A stretch of 55,918 nucleotides of DNA, the filler included, from Platydemus manokwari (lineage: Eukaryota), in assembly GCA_037951405.1 (NCBI GenBank). It is 5 parts of 5 records of this genome, joined end to end, with 100 filler letters (N's around TTAATTAATTAA, not from the genome) between each part and the next. Parts side by side here need not be neighbours in the genome. Positions count along the whole stretch, not along the records: positions 1 to 11,501 come from JBBMOY010641100.1; positions 11,602 to 23,473 come from JBBMOY010419999.1; 3 more parts are not named here. One strand, given 5' to 3'. Position 1 is the stretch's first letter, and each line of letters begins with the position of its first letter. Shown here piece by piece: positions 1 through 13,599 of this stretch. The notes beneath the pieces are model-generated. The model was not told the DNA's origin. It was given only the letters and a program-made list of their open reading frames with translations, and searched no databases. The position numbers were made by a program, and so were the translations under genes.

Positions 1-1074
1 TAAAGTATGTAAATAGTAATATTAAAACAAACCAATATTCAGACTTATTTTAATTTTCTTTTTATTCAAATAAAAATTTATAAAAATGGGTAATATTGTT
101 ATATTATTTGATTATACATATTTGACATTGCTGATGATATTCATTTGTTTTTATCAATTTAGCCTGAATTTATTCGCAAATTAGTAGTTTTTACCAAGAG
201 CTGAAAAATTAATATCAAAACGAGTCGCATTTGAATTTTTAATTTATTTAATATTCTATACTAATTATTATATATTTCTTTAAGTCTAATTATATTTACA
301 CATTTGATATTTCAAAAATTTTAGTAGACTGATAGTTTTCTCAACAAATATTAGAGTGAATACAGAGTTTAGATATTAATAGACTATCGGGAATGATAAT
401 GAATTTATAATGATAATTAAAAACTACTGACATTTTTTTATCTTTAAAGTCTTTAAAATTGGTTACGTTTATTTATTTTTATTCATCCAATGCCTTTAAA
501 AAAATTCCAAGAAATTTTCAAAATGCAAGACATTAGCACGATGTTGTGAAGGCATCCAAGTAATTGCTTAATATAAAACTTTCTCAAAATTCTGAATCAA
601 AAACTATTATAACAGAAATTCTGACTGCATCTTCAGTCCTTCCAAATATATGAGTGATACTGGAATAATGTTAAGATAACAAAAATATCAGGTAACATTT
701 ACTGATGATACTAGTCAAGCAATTACTGCTATGTACAGTAAATAAAATTCCACATTTCTCAAATATTTTTTTCTTGCAAAATAAATAAAGAGAACAATGG
801 CTTTGATGAAATCTTGTGAGTCTGCCTTTCAAACTAAAATTAGTAAAATAAAGTTTTGGAAACAAAAGTTGCTTAGAAATATTAAGGTAACTATAAGACA
901 AAACATCTCTTTGAAATTGAAGTGCGTTAATTTCGATCCATGGAAGATGTTTTTTGAATATATTTAAAAACGTGTTTCTTTCTTAAAAATTTATCCTGAT
1001 GTTCTTGTTATCTTTCTTCAGAATTTGAAATTGCATTAACCTTTTTAGGTTATAATTTTGTATAAAATTTGATT

Positions 1075-1185
1075 TCAAACAAATAAAATATTAATTTGTT
1101 TAAAAAATCGTATTTGAATACATTTTTAGTGTCATGGCTTTTCATTTCGCTTTTGATGGGTGTTTTATAAAATTATAGCGGCTTA
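1075..1185 (-). repeat. dispersed repeat family C, copy 1
   Basis: gtcatggcttttcatttcgcttttgatgggtgttttataaaat recurs at ~1997-2040. Its reverse complement matches 39504-39600 and 48332-48430. Boundaries are approximate. Confidence 0.75.
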
Positions 1186-1363
1186 TATGGCGACAACGCA
1201 ATTCTGACAAGGTCAATTACTGAAAATTATGAAAAAGAAAAAGAACAACGTTGTGATAATACATATAATATATAAGGAAGACTTAGGTATAAAGGCGATG
1301 TTGAGAAGGTATAAAGGTGATACAATGAAGATAGAAGAATTAGAATTTTTTTAATGTAGATAA

Positions 1364-1822
1364 TGTTGAGTGAGATGAAATTCTGTAAAATGAAGAAGGG
1401 ATTTACATCTTGGAACCATTGTTTAAGTACTTTAAATATTTGCATGCCTGCATACCCATGCATGCTAAGCAATGAGCCAATCATAGTGAAGTTAGATGGT
1501 AAATAATAATTGGAAAAATTCATAGCTATGCAACAATGCACACATAGGAATTGACCAATCCCAATCATGAAAAAACCACATTAAGTACATGGAAAAGGCA
1601 AATATCGAATCAAAATATGAAACAAGATGACACAAAAAATTCCACACAGATCGCGAATATTAAAACCAATGTAAATATGGCCAACTGCCAATGGGAAGCC
1701 AAGTTTAAGTTGATATTTTGTGCAGTAAAATTTGTGTAAGTGTACTCATTAGAATACAAGAAAGCATATTATTAGCCTTCTATTTCGTAGTCAGAGTTCA
1801 ATTAATTGTTGAGGACCCAACA
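1364..1822 (+). mobile_element. solo LTR, family A (Gypsy-like)
   Basis: Starts TGTTGAG and ends CCCAACA, with a perfect 4-bp TSD ATAA/ATAA. Homologous along its length to 52197-52656 and to partial copies at 23843 and 40313. Confidence 0.85.
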
Positions 1823-1949
1823 ATAAATATGTAGAGTATTCGATGCAATGCCAATTAGGAATTCAAAGAAAATCAAGGATTTCAAAGAAAGGGGGAAGCG
1901 AGATGTTGAAATTTAATTAAAATTTTTAAAATTTTATGTTTTTATAAAA

Positions 1950-2045
1950 TTTTACTTATTTTTTTAAATAGTTGTGGTTAAATAAATTTTTAAAGTCATG
2001 ACTTTTCAGTTCGCTTTCGATGGGTGTTTTATAAAATAGTAGTAC
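1950..2045 (-). repeat. dispersed repeat family C, copy 2
   Basis: gtcatgacttttcagttcgctttcgatgggtgttttataaaatagtag is similar to 1130-1180. Boundaries are approximate. Confidence 0.7.
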
Positions 2046-4378
2046 CCAGCAGTCTGTTTCAGACGTTATTTAGATAGCCCTAATTTCAGTTTTCGCAGTT
2101 GTCTCTCTAAAAACTTTGTATTGATTGACTAGTGGTTCTCTGCATTTTTCAGATTGATTATAAACTATTTAAACTATTTTTTTGCTTAATTTTTGTTAGT
2201 GAATTGAAATTGTTAATCTAACAATACAATCATAACAATACATTGTCTTGTTCCCTATGATATTAAATTTTAATAATAAAATGGAAAAGATCTTTTCTAT
2301 TTGATTCTCGTTTGATGTGATTTCGTATCTACTTGTTTAGCAAGCTTTCTTGATTCAACTGATTTGTTTTATCTAGTTTAATGATTTTAAGCGCAAAGTG
2401 CAAAAAATTATCGTGCTCTCATGATTCACACACAAATTAACAAAGGTATTGTATTGATCAATTAACGGTTTTGATCTTTTCAACAAAAGGAAAATACAAC
2501 AAGGCAATGTCAGATTAGTTCAGATTAAAGCTTCTCATTGATTAACAATTTCAGCTGACTTTTAAAGATATTTTATAAGTGGAGTTTATTAGTTAAATTG
2601 CCTTGGTTACTTGATAAACAATAAATAAATAAATTTATTATTACAGCAGTTCCAAAGTGTTGGTAATATCTGTATTATTCTGTCATGGAATTCAATGAAA
2701 ATGAGGAACTGATAAAATTTAATTGAATGATAGCATTTAAATAAGTGGTACCCCTGGATAATATTTCCTACTGTCCATTTCAAGATTGGATTCCAGGTCC
2801 AGTCAAAATGCAGAAGTGCACACACAAAATAATTATTCAATCACATACTTAATGTTGATAATTGTCACGTGGTTTATTTGAGGTTATTGATTTTTTACAT
2901 AGGTTATTGTGTTATCAAAGATCTGGTCTTGATTCCATCATATTTATTGTGCACCAACAAAAACCCAACATGCTCGATACACAGGTGTTTGAAAGATTTT
3001 GCCTATTATGAGCGTGTAAAACCTGGATTGTGATTACTCGACAAGAGTTTATCATTCTTATAAAAATTTATAAATTCTTTTTTGAAACAATAACATGAAG
3101 CTATTCTTGTTTCATAATTTATGCCCAAAAAATAGAGGAACTGAAACAAAAATAAATAACTCAATCTTATAGAAATAAAGAATATTCACTACTTTGTAAA
3201 TTTTTAAAATAGCTAGCCTCTTTAACAAACCAGATAATTTTCAAAAGCTTCGACCAAAGACTCTGTCTTTCATCTCTCAAAGGTGCACATTAACCATATA
3301 AATCAATGAAAAACTAAAATCAAATTTCGAAAATAATTTTTATTTTGAAAATTTTTTATAATTTTAAAACTCATCGAGAAATTTCAGAACCAAATAGATT
3401 TTCATCCTTTGTAACTCTATAACCGCTTGTTACGATATTCATATGGATTTTCAAATCTTTATTTAATTGCTAAATTCCGATCTTCCTAATTGCTTTCCAA
3501 TAAAACCATTTCCTTTACCTTTAACGATCAGAATTGTCTAATTTTTCTAAAAATATTGGATTGGGTTTATTATTTATTCGCTTTATTATCATAACAATAA
3601 TAACGATTAAAAGGGAAACTGATATACCTATAAAGAATTTGAATATGAAGTTGATTTACTTAATGCGGTTGGTATTGATGAGTAGGCAAGATATTTTCAT
3701 TTGGATTCCAATAAAAATAAAGAAAAATAACTTGTAAAATGTCATCGCTTTATTAAACAAAAATCAAAGAAATAATATATCTTTCAGTAATAACTAATGA
3801 TAACACAAGAAATATATATAATATAGATTTATAGATAGATTAAAGAATGGTCAATGGAAAATCAATTATGAAAACCATATGTTTGGTAAGAAATGATATT
3901 GAATTTAACTTGAAACACACAAATAAATCTAAATTTAATAAAGATGATATTGGCAATGAACTCAGAATATTATAAATTGACAAAATATAAAGACAGTAAA
4001 TATCAAAGAAAATCCGGAAAAATCAATACAAAAAGAGATTTATAATCAATGAAAAATTTTACAATTGAAATTACAGTGGTCTCGAAAATCAAGCAGAAAG
4101 ATTTTTACAATAATAAATGACATTGATTTTCATGTACACACCCTGAAGCCTTCAAAAATATTCTTGTCTCGAAATCTGTCAATATTTTCTTTTCAATATT
4201 TTTTATTGGAATTGTTTATTCGACATAAATGCTAGATGTGCGTTCAATAAATGGTAATAAATAACACAAATTTGAATAGCCAATCAATTACAAAACAATA
4301 AAACATCTTATATTTTTATGACAGCTCACAACAGTTTGTTAAGGATCTATTCCAACAGCAACCATCATCATTATTATC

Positions 4379-4845
4379 TATTTGGTTGGTGCATAAATTC
4401 TTGCAGTTTTTTAAAATTATGAAAAATGCATACTGATCAACAATTAAAACCATACAAAATATTCCAGATAACAAAAAGAATTTATGAAATCATTAGAAAA
4501 AATAAATATCTCAGTCTCAATCGGTGAGATATTCTTCACCACCATCGATCACTTACTTTCATCGTTCGGGCAATTTAACAATCCCAGGTTTGAAGAAACT
4601 TGGTAATTTTTGGTAGAAAAAGTCTTCAATCCACATTGTTATTGTTTCTTCACATTCAAATGTGAGACCAATAAGATAATTCGACATGGAGCGGAAAAGA
4701 TGAAAATCTGTTGTGGCTGAGTCGGGCGAATATGGATGATGGGGAGGAATTTACCAGTGAAACTCTTCAATAGCTATCTTTGTCATTGTGGCGACACGAG
4801 GCCGAGCATTGTAATGCTGAAAAATTAGCTGTTTCTAATCGATCC
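4379..4845 (-). mobile_element. mariner (DD34D) transposon 3' fragment, defective
   Basis: Minus-strand translation of ~4830-4517 gives FQHYNARPRVA...HHPYSPDSATTDFHLFRSM...LPER*K*VIDGGEEY, degenerate versions of the mariner HDNARPH and YSPDLAP motifs with stops. A mariner-type terminal repeat TA|TTTGGTTGGTGCATAAATTCTTGCAGTTTTT lies at 4379-4411. Confidence 0.9.
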
Positions 4846-6675
4846 TCTTGACTTTGATTGATTCGAATGTTTCATGGCTGGTATAGTTTTAAAATTAGTT
4901 TCTGCTTTATTGGTCGAATGATTTATGATTAAAGAAGAAATTGTACTGATTTAAAAGGTGGTGATGATTAATTAAAATAAAGATATACTAAAGAAATAAT
5001 ATTAAATAAAATAATGATTAACAATAAATCGATTGAATTATCCTTTTGCACTTCGTAAATAATTGTGGTGAAATGTGTGATTAAGCGAATGTGTTTATAA
5101 ACCCGCTTAAAATGTAGCAGCATTAAAATGAACGAACAATAAAACATAGTAGTGGGCATCTTATAAATTTGCTCTATAAGTGCGGTTCAAAATCACTTGA
5201 AATGGGCATTTAATTTATTAATGTAGAGTGTAACAAAATTGTAAACGATATATATATGCTTATAGGAAACAGTTAATCCCTCGATCAGATTTACACAAAA
5301 CGGACTATATTAGGAACAGGTTATCGATGAGTAATTGCTGTTCTTGTTAAAATTCAATAAGTCTTCGCCTTGGTTTAATAACGCAAATTCTAGGTCACAT
5401 ATAATAATTATCACTAGAGGCCGACGTTAAGGTAATATTTTTGTTGTATTTCATTTTGTTATAATACATCAATAAAAGTATTCTATTTGACATTTGTATT
5501 GGCTTTTGACTCATCGAAATTTTTAGAGCAGATAATAAATCATCATCGCTGATTATCAGCATAATTTTATCACTTGTAAACCAAATAATTTCTGATAATT
5601 TCTATTGAATCAACGAGTATCTAAGAATGAAATTCAAAATCAAATTAACAAACTTAACGTTCCAAATTAGGGTCAACAAACATTATCAGTCTGATTTATC
5701 GATCTAGAGTCCAAGTGTTAAATATAATCAATTCTCAATTATAAAAACTGCACAAGTTTATTAAAATAATTTTTGCTGAACTGGAATTTCAAAATTATGT
5801 CAGTATCAGACATTATCATGATCGTTAGTAATTAAATGATTTATTCTTTGTAATATTCAGTATCCTACAAAACGTTTACCGAACCCTTGATCTATGGAAT
5901 TCATGTCTATGGATATTGATTTTGATAGTCCTTACGTTGAGAACAGCTTGGATTTGTGATGTCATCAAATATAACTTTTACCGATCAATAACTCTCATTC
6001 CCACAAAAACATTGAACTTATAATATAAAATATCGATTATTTCCTCAATATAACTCAAAGCACGCATTCAAATTCTTATAATTGTTTATCGTTGAATTCG
6101 TGCATAGCACTAAATCAAAAAATGTGTTGTACTTCATTAATTAATTTTGTTCTATGATTTTTTGATGCACATTTGCTCCTCAAAATAAATTTCCAATTTC
6201 TGAGACCTAAACCACATCAGAATCTTACGAATAGAGTGGTATTGGTATGATGGAAGAATTAATGGACCAGGTAAGAGGGTAAATATTGTTTAACTTTCAA
6301 AACAGGTGATTTTTTTGAATTTACTTCATTTTTCACCACTTATTTGAAAAATTGTCCTCACTCAGTTATCAGTTCACAAGAAATCAACTTAATATTTCCA
6401 CAGGTTCAATAAATAAATAATCATGTGTATTACAACAGGGAATTTCATGAGGAAATATAATATTTATGATATCTATAACCTCAGCAATATCTAAAACTCA
6501 TCTGTAAAATAATACAAATAGACGATGTAGGATAGATAATACAGAACAATTTTCTTGAACAGTCAATTTCTTGACAAAAAATCAAATTTTGTCTGTCTAA
6601 GAATTTGTTTAAAATATTCAATTTAATTTCAAGGTCAAGCAGAAATTGAAACACCGTTTGAAACATTGCATTGAA

Positions 6676-9600
6676 ATGACGAAATCGAAAGAAGAATTAG
6701 ATTCGAAAAGTATTTTCTATTAATTTTTTTATGTTTAATAACATTTTGTCCAGATTCATTATGGAAATCCCAGAGATTACTACTGGCTTTCATTGGTTTT
6801 ATAGGCACATTGAACCTCTATTCTATAAGAATGAACCTCAGTGTTGCTATATTGTGTATGACCAATCACACAGCCGTTTCTATGTTGCAGAATGATACTG
6901 GTAGTTATGAGAAAAACAGTAGTTCAGGAAAACAATCTTGTACTCTTATGGGAGAGGAAAAATATGAAGTAAAGATATGTGGAAACCGACTCGATTAATT
7001 TGATATTCAGGATGGTGATTTAGTTTGGACAAAAGAAACCCGAAGTATAATTTTAGGAGTGTTCTTTTGGGGATATCTGATCACTCAGGTCCCTGCTGGA
7101 ATGCTTGTTCAGAAGTACAGTCCAAAGTGGATTTTATTTGGATTCATCTTAATATCATCGTTCTCAGTGTTATTTACCCCTCTGGCTGCAAGAACAAGTA
7201 TTGGTTTCATGATGGGACTTAGAGTAATTTGTGGTTTTTGCTCTGTAAGTTGCTCATACACTGATGTAATCTCAATATTATTGATTTTAGGGTGTATGGT
7301 TTCCAAGCATTTATCAACTATGGTCTCGATGGGCACCTCCAAAAGATCGATCGTTGCTTGTTGGACTTACAAATGCAGGTTAATTTGTTGAAAAATTATA
7401 AATTCTTAATAATTCAACATTTGCGGATCGTCATATTTGATAATCAACACTCATGTTAATAACCATTACATACCATAGCCCTTTATTAATATTTCGATCG
7501 TTATCGACAGAAATTCACTAAAAGCTGGTAAGGGATCATTTCATCCAATTTTCTTACGCTATTGATTTTCTGATAGATTGTAATAGTATTGATTAAAAAT
7601 TCTTATTCGGATCTGGTCGTAGCGTATGAAGTGATGTGTTACTAAAAATAAATAACCACGCTGGGCCAGCAATGGGTACCGATATCGATTTTGATTGGTC
7701 AGTTAATAATAATTCTGGATATCGATGAATCAGATTACAGAAATGTTGTCACAATTATGAAATGTTCTTTTATGATTCAATGAACACTTGAGATTTTATT
7801 GACTTGTTGATTTCGAGGATGAAAAGTCTAGATTTTATACCCAATTTTGTAGTGAAATATTTTTTCCAAATTGAATGCTATCTACTGTTTATTATAAGAA
7901 ATATTAGATTATCGTGCAAAATTTAATTTTCTTATGAAATAGCCGCCTGTCAAATAAGATCGGTGAGGAAATAACATCAGTAATAGCCAATGAAATAAAT
8001 CAATCACAATATCTGGTACAAAATAAATGATAAATGTAGGACTAGTTACAACATTTAAGTCGAATTGGTGGCTTCCAAACTCATTTTATTAGGTATGACT
8101 GATGTAAATTTACTTTGTTTTAATTATGATTGTTAAGAACCCGTAGAATATGTTTTAATGTAACCACCAATCGTGAATAGGTTCCACCGATCTGGCTTAT
8201 ATGATTGTGAGTCATCTAATTTCCATCCCACAATAACACATATTCGAATATTCTCAACAACAGTGAAAAATTTGTTTTTTTGGTGATTTGTTACAGATGA
8301 GTGAATCTCTTTATCTTTTGTCATCATCATCACCGCATTATCATTAATGCTGTTCGCTTATTGTCATTCAAATCAATAGTTTTACCAGAGATCATATAAA
8401 TATTTCACATAAATAGTTAAATAAATATTTATTGAATCGATAAACTGTGAATCCCCTTTGCGTTATATTTGTCATTTATTTTAATCTTTGATCTAAATCT
8501 TTGACAGGAATTACCACACATCATTATCGATTTTCTTGTGGATATTTTAAATGTTTTGAAGATCGTTTTTATACATTGTTTCTCTCATTTTTCACTTATT
8601 TGTATCACTCATCTCTTTGTAATGTTTCACGCTAATATATTGATTAAATCATCTCCAACACGTTTTTCGGGATTTTATGAGAATATATTATGAAGGGAGC
8701 GATTTGTGATAGTTTTATTCAAATTTGATTTGATCCTTTTCAGGAAATAATGCCGCCTTCATATTATAATTATAACAATGCAGGAAATCAAAAAATATTA
8801 TAAAACAATAAAATGAACGAAATATCGTATCTGAATAAAAATAAACGAAACAGATCCTCGAGATTAGCGATTCAAATATGCTCAACTAAGTGGTTAAACA
8901 ATCTTGTAGAGAAAAAATGAAGGTGAAGCTCATTGATCTATTTAATGAAATCACATAATGCGAATGAAAAAACATTTTCATTTATATTGATCGTAGAAAA
9001 TTTGAAATGTGTGTGTGCTGTGCTGTGGAAATATTACTTTACGAAGCATCATACCAAATACCACAAAATAAATAATAAGATCATACATAAAACTTTTTAA
9101 GAAAACCAGGCACCAGAACATTCCAAAAATAGAAATTATGTTTATCTGCCGTCCGTATTTTATTCTCTCTCCTTTGCCAGTTATTATTGTTGCTAGTAAT
9201 TTATCACTTAACTCTTAACATTGTGTCGTTCGTAATAATCTTGCCTTCCGGTTTACAATTCAAAAGAGATAAAATATTTCTCAAGATAATTATTAATAAT
9301 ATTATAATTCAAACAAGCGATTGACATTCAAAATAGCGATTGGTAAAATAGTAAATATTATTAGGGTAACGTCAGAAATAAAAATGGATCAAATCACTAA
9401 ATAAACTGTTTTTGTTTTTATTATTAATTTGGAAAACCAACTGATTGGGATTGATGTTGAAGATGTTATTCGAGGATTTGTTGGGTTATTGTGTTGCGGC
9501 TGGATTTGGGTTCGGATTTGTAGGGTTTACTGGGAATTGATTGTATCTATTTGTTGCAGATACCGTTTGGATGTTTTGTATTTGAGGAGATTTGGTGATG

Positions 9601-10997
9601 ACGAGTAAGAATTTATGTAGTCAGGAGATGTTACTTTGAGGGTTTGATTGAACAGTTATTGATGTTATTGGTTTGAGGATTGAAGAATTGAATATTAATT
9701 TAAATAGGAGTTGTTTGACTGACAGTTATTGGCTTGAGGGTTTGAATATTGATGAATAGGAGTTATTTGAGTGGAGTGTGAATATTAATAAGTAGGAGTT
9801 ATTTGAGTGGAGTGTATCCTCAACATTACTTAGGGGGTCAAAAAGACGCGTCATCAATTGTAGGGATTCTCTACCGCAGTCAACTTCTTAGGTTTAAAAA
9901 TGTTATAGTCAGAAGTTCGTAGTTAATTATCGAAAAAGACTACAATTATTCCACATGAGCAATCTATAAGTCTAATTCCGTGTAAAAATCTTTAATTGTC
10001 TGCACTATTGTGATAGTAAAGTCAAGTGTATAAAAGCGGTTGCCAATCGAGCAAAATTAGAAGAATTATTTTCAATAAAATTGTCGTCCTAACAAAGTAA
10101 AGATAATTTCCATTATTATTCTTACCGATTTAAAGCATTTTTCTATGACAATTCTATTAGATATTTTAATTAAAAGCAGCTTGGACTTCGTCCAATCGCT
10201 CATTTATTAATCTTCTAAAATCTAGTGTAAACTCATATTCTCTTAACTTTATAGTTGCCGGATTTCGTAGGTCGCAACTTTGATAAACTTGAATACAAGA
10301 ACCTTGAAGCTCTTCATACAAGGACCTAAACTTCATTACAAAGCAATAGATGTTTTTAAAAATATTATGATTAAAAGAAATCATTTGGTTATTTGTCATC
10401 CAATAATTATTATTGGGTATCTGTTGATTGTTATTATTATTATCTGAACACAAGCACCTTATAAAATCTAAACAATTCAAAAAATATCGTTTAACAATAT
10501 TCTTGCAGATTAGAGGCATATTAACTTCTGGGAATATCAGTCGTAGAATAAATTATATTTTTTCTCAAAAATGTCAACGATTAATTCGTAGAATAATAAA
10601 TTCGTAAACCGAAAATCAATAATAGGTTTTAAAATTTTAAAAATTTAAAGACAAAATCTCAGATTGCGATAATACAGTTCTTATGTTATCTGAGAATATA
10701 TTATCCAGGTCTCCACGTTGGAAATGCTGTCACTCTTCCAATTGCCGGTTTACTTTGCAAGTATGGGTTCGCTGGTGGTTGGCCTTCGGTATTTTATTTA
10801 TCAGGTTAAAATACACTGACTGGATACAAGAATTTATCTGTAAATATACTGTAGGGATATTTGGAATCATTTGGTGCATATTGTGGGCTGTACTCATTTA
10901 CGATACACCTGCTGAACATCCTCGTATTTCGTTTAAAGAAAAGAAATACATTCAAGGAAGTCTTGTTGGTGAAGTCGATGTAAAGAAAGACGAAAAT
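6676..10997 (+). CDS. SLC17 family MFS anion transporter (sialin/VGLUT-like), 5' half, 6 exons, 3' part not found
   Basis: Exons 6676-6709, 6754-6968, 7011-7244, 7291-7378, 10709-10804 and 10855-10997 join in frame via GT-AG introns of 44, 42, 46, 3330 and 50 bp. Motifs RMNLSVAI, FFWGYLITQVPAG, WSRWAPPKDRS, GGWPSVFY and YDTPAEHPRISFKEKKYI are characteristic of SLC17. Confidence 0.92.
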
Positions 10998-11350
10998 GTA
11001 AGATCTATTGCAATTAAATAATTCTGTTTTCGATAATAATGCAGGTCTGTAATTGATTTTATTTTTTATCAAATTTCCATCAAACACCTTTACGATTTTT
11101 TATAAAAAAAAGTCTGATATTATAAATAAATAAACTATTATGATTGATTGTTTTTAATCTTTAACAAAAAATAAAATAATCGATAAATCAGTCACCTGCT
11201 CACTGATATTGACAAGTATAAACTCAATACGAAATCGATTTACCAACTAATTTTAAGATTTATCCATAAATTGATCAAAGAAGTCCTAGATGACTCATAA
11301 TAAATAAATAAATACCATCGAAAAATCATATATATATATTTATATATATA

Positions 11351-11501
11351 TATGAATTAACAGGAAGACAAATGGAAAAACGTAAAACCATCTGTGAAAA
11401 TCTTCTTCAAAGACAAAAAAGAAGAGGATTTTTACATCGAATTCTCACTGGAGATGAAAAATGGATATACTATGAAAATCCTAAACGTAGCAAAGCTTGG
11501 G
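11351..11501 (+). mobile_element. mariner transposase internal fragment, cut by gap
   Basis: YELTGRQMEKRKTICENLLQRQKRRGFLHRILTGDEKWIYYENPKR contains the mariner GDEKW motif with the first catalytic D. It is preceded by a (TA)n tract. Confidence 0.9.
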
Positions 11502-11601
11502 NNNNNNNNNNNNNNNNNNNNNNNNNNNNNNNNNNNNNNNNNNNNTTAATTAATTAANNNNNNNNNNNNNNNNNNNNNNNNNNNNNNNNNNNNNNNNNNN
11601 N
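11502..11601. other. assembly gap spacer
   Basis: N44-TTAATTAATTAA-N44; the 12-mer has stop codons in all six frames. Confidence 0.98.
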
Positions 11602-11624
11602 ATATTAAATAGGTTCAATAGTTC

Positions 11625-11752
11625 GTACCTAGGGCTTGATCAGAACCACGAGAGACTGATTAAGTCAACAGTGATCATTAGCAATAATAGTAAATAAGAG
11701 ACTGATAAGATTAAAACAAAGATATAGCAAGCCCCAAACGCAACAAATGTAT
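11625..11752. repeat. repeat family D, copy 1 (probable LTR fragment)
   Basis: tacctagggcttgat...gagactgattaagtcaacagtgatc...gagactgat...aagccccaaac is similar to 12545-12673. Confidence 0.7.
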
Positions 11753-12544
11753 TAAAAGTAGTAATCTTAAAAACAAATAATAAATAAATGTATAATGAAG
11801 TCCTCTAATGTTCATGAGTGTATAGTATAATTTTTAATAGTAGTAATTAAACAATTTTTAATTGACAATGTATTCAAATATTTTTTATAAATGTAACTTT
11901 TTTGGTTCACGGATGAAGGCTAAAGTTTTGTTACAGTAAAGTAACAATATATTTTTGGAAATATCGACTGAATTTCGAAGTGATGTGTTTCGTATTTCGA
12001 TACTTTTTTAAATGTACCAATTTTTATGTGAATGAATATTTTATGTGAAAAAGCGGTGGATTAAAGCTGATATGTTGATAATTACAATAATATAATATTA
12101 ACAATTTATTTAATTACTTGGTATTGGCATTAAAAATGAAATAATAATATAAAATAGTTGTAAAGAGAAATAGGAAAATATTTAAATATTCTAAATAACA
12201 ATATTCCGATATTTTTAATAATAAAATTCTATAGTTAAGGGAAAATTACTAACAATATACGGGAAACCCGTGGGGAATAAAATATAATGTAACGAGATAA
12301 AGCATTTAAGCGTACCGAATAAAATTCCATATAAATAGGAGTTCGAAACATCAGAACTCGTCCATAATTTAACTCGAAACCACTAGGAAGAATACGTGAA
12401 GCCCAGTATATAGTTGAAACCACTAGCTTGTAGCGTGTTCGTCCATTTGACTGATAATATTAAATTACCCCCTGGATCATTGTTCCCATCATGTAGTTTT
12501 GATCGCGAGGTGAATATAGTTATAGAAATAAGGTTTTATAGATT

Positions 12545-12673
12545 ATACCTTGGGCTTGATTAAGACTCATTGAGACTGATCAAGACAACAGTGATCTGTG
12601 ACCAAAATCATATAAATTTTGAGACTGATTAAAACAATAAAATAACAAAAAGCCCAAAACACATCATCTGTAT
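12545..12673. repeat. repeat family D, copy 2 (probable LTR fragment)
   Basis: taccttgggcttgat...gagactgatcaagacaacagtgatc...gagactgat...aagcccaaaac is similar to 11625-11752. Confidence 0.7.
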
Positions 12674-13599
12674 CATGTTGCAACAATTCATATTTTTAGC
12701 TATTGCAACTGCAATTTTAATTCATCAAAAGTCCCAAATATTACCATCTGTTCAAAGTCCTCAGTCTCAACCATCAACCCAATCCCTTATCTGATTGTGA
12801 AGATATTTAAAATTCTAAGTAAAAAATTGAAGATTAAAAAGATTATAGGATATTTTAAAATTTCATTATATTTTAAAATAATATTTATAATATATTTTTA
12901 TTTATAATATCCTGAATTAAAATCAAAATAAGGCTGTCAAAAAAATTTTTAAGCAATATTTATTTAAAATATATTTTTGGATTATTAAATCGATAACTTC
13001 TAATATTGCCAACCAAGAAATTAACGCTGTTATTATGGCGACCAAGCACTTTGAACCGAAACTGAGTCGACTAGTGCCGGAGAAATATTGAAAAAATGAC
13101 GCAGAAGGCCATCGATTCTTCAAGATAGGGAACCCTCGAAATCTACTAGTAAGTTATGCATGCAATCAAATATGACATATACCGAGATAATTCCCAAAAT
13201 CGATAGTGAAACAGATATCAAAACAAAAAGACGCTAAATCTGGACAGAGGGAGACAATTTAAATAATAATACCAGCGAGGTACACAACCACAGAAAAAAG
13301 GAAGAAAGAAGATTACCGATAAACAAGAGAACAGCGCTTATAAAAGTACGAAACAATATTAAAACTAAATTAGTGTTTTTAGGGTACTTTAACTCACTTT
13401 TTCCTCCAATACTCTCAATTACTTACTCTGCTGCCAGAATAGAAAAAATAGATGTCACTGTTTTAGCATTCAGTGATCGATGATCAACTCACATTCTGAC
13501 ACTAAGTTTTTTCCCTACCACAATTTGAAACTTCCATGAAGTTAATGACATGAACAACATCTTTCATTAAAGCATTTATCATTTTATTGACACTGTCTT

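Noticed and set aside
1227-1739. ORFs 1227-1568 and 1551-1739, and similarly 51137-51379 and 52154-52336
   Set aside because: They overlap non-coding solo LTRs, and the frames are not conserved between copies.
7109-7342. Antisense or off-frame ORFs over real exons (also 10806-11087, 32137-32319, 49847-50144)
   Set aside because: Shadows of the SLC17, EGF and tetraspanin coding sequences.
11546-11557. Recurring palindromic TTAATTAATTAA between N runs (four times)
   Set aside because: Artificial scaffold spacer with stops in all frames. ORFs ending in XXXXLIN are artefacts.
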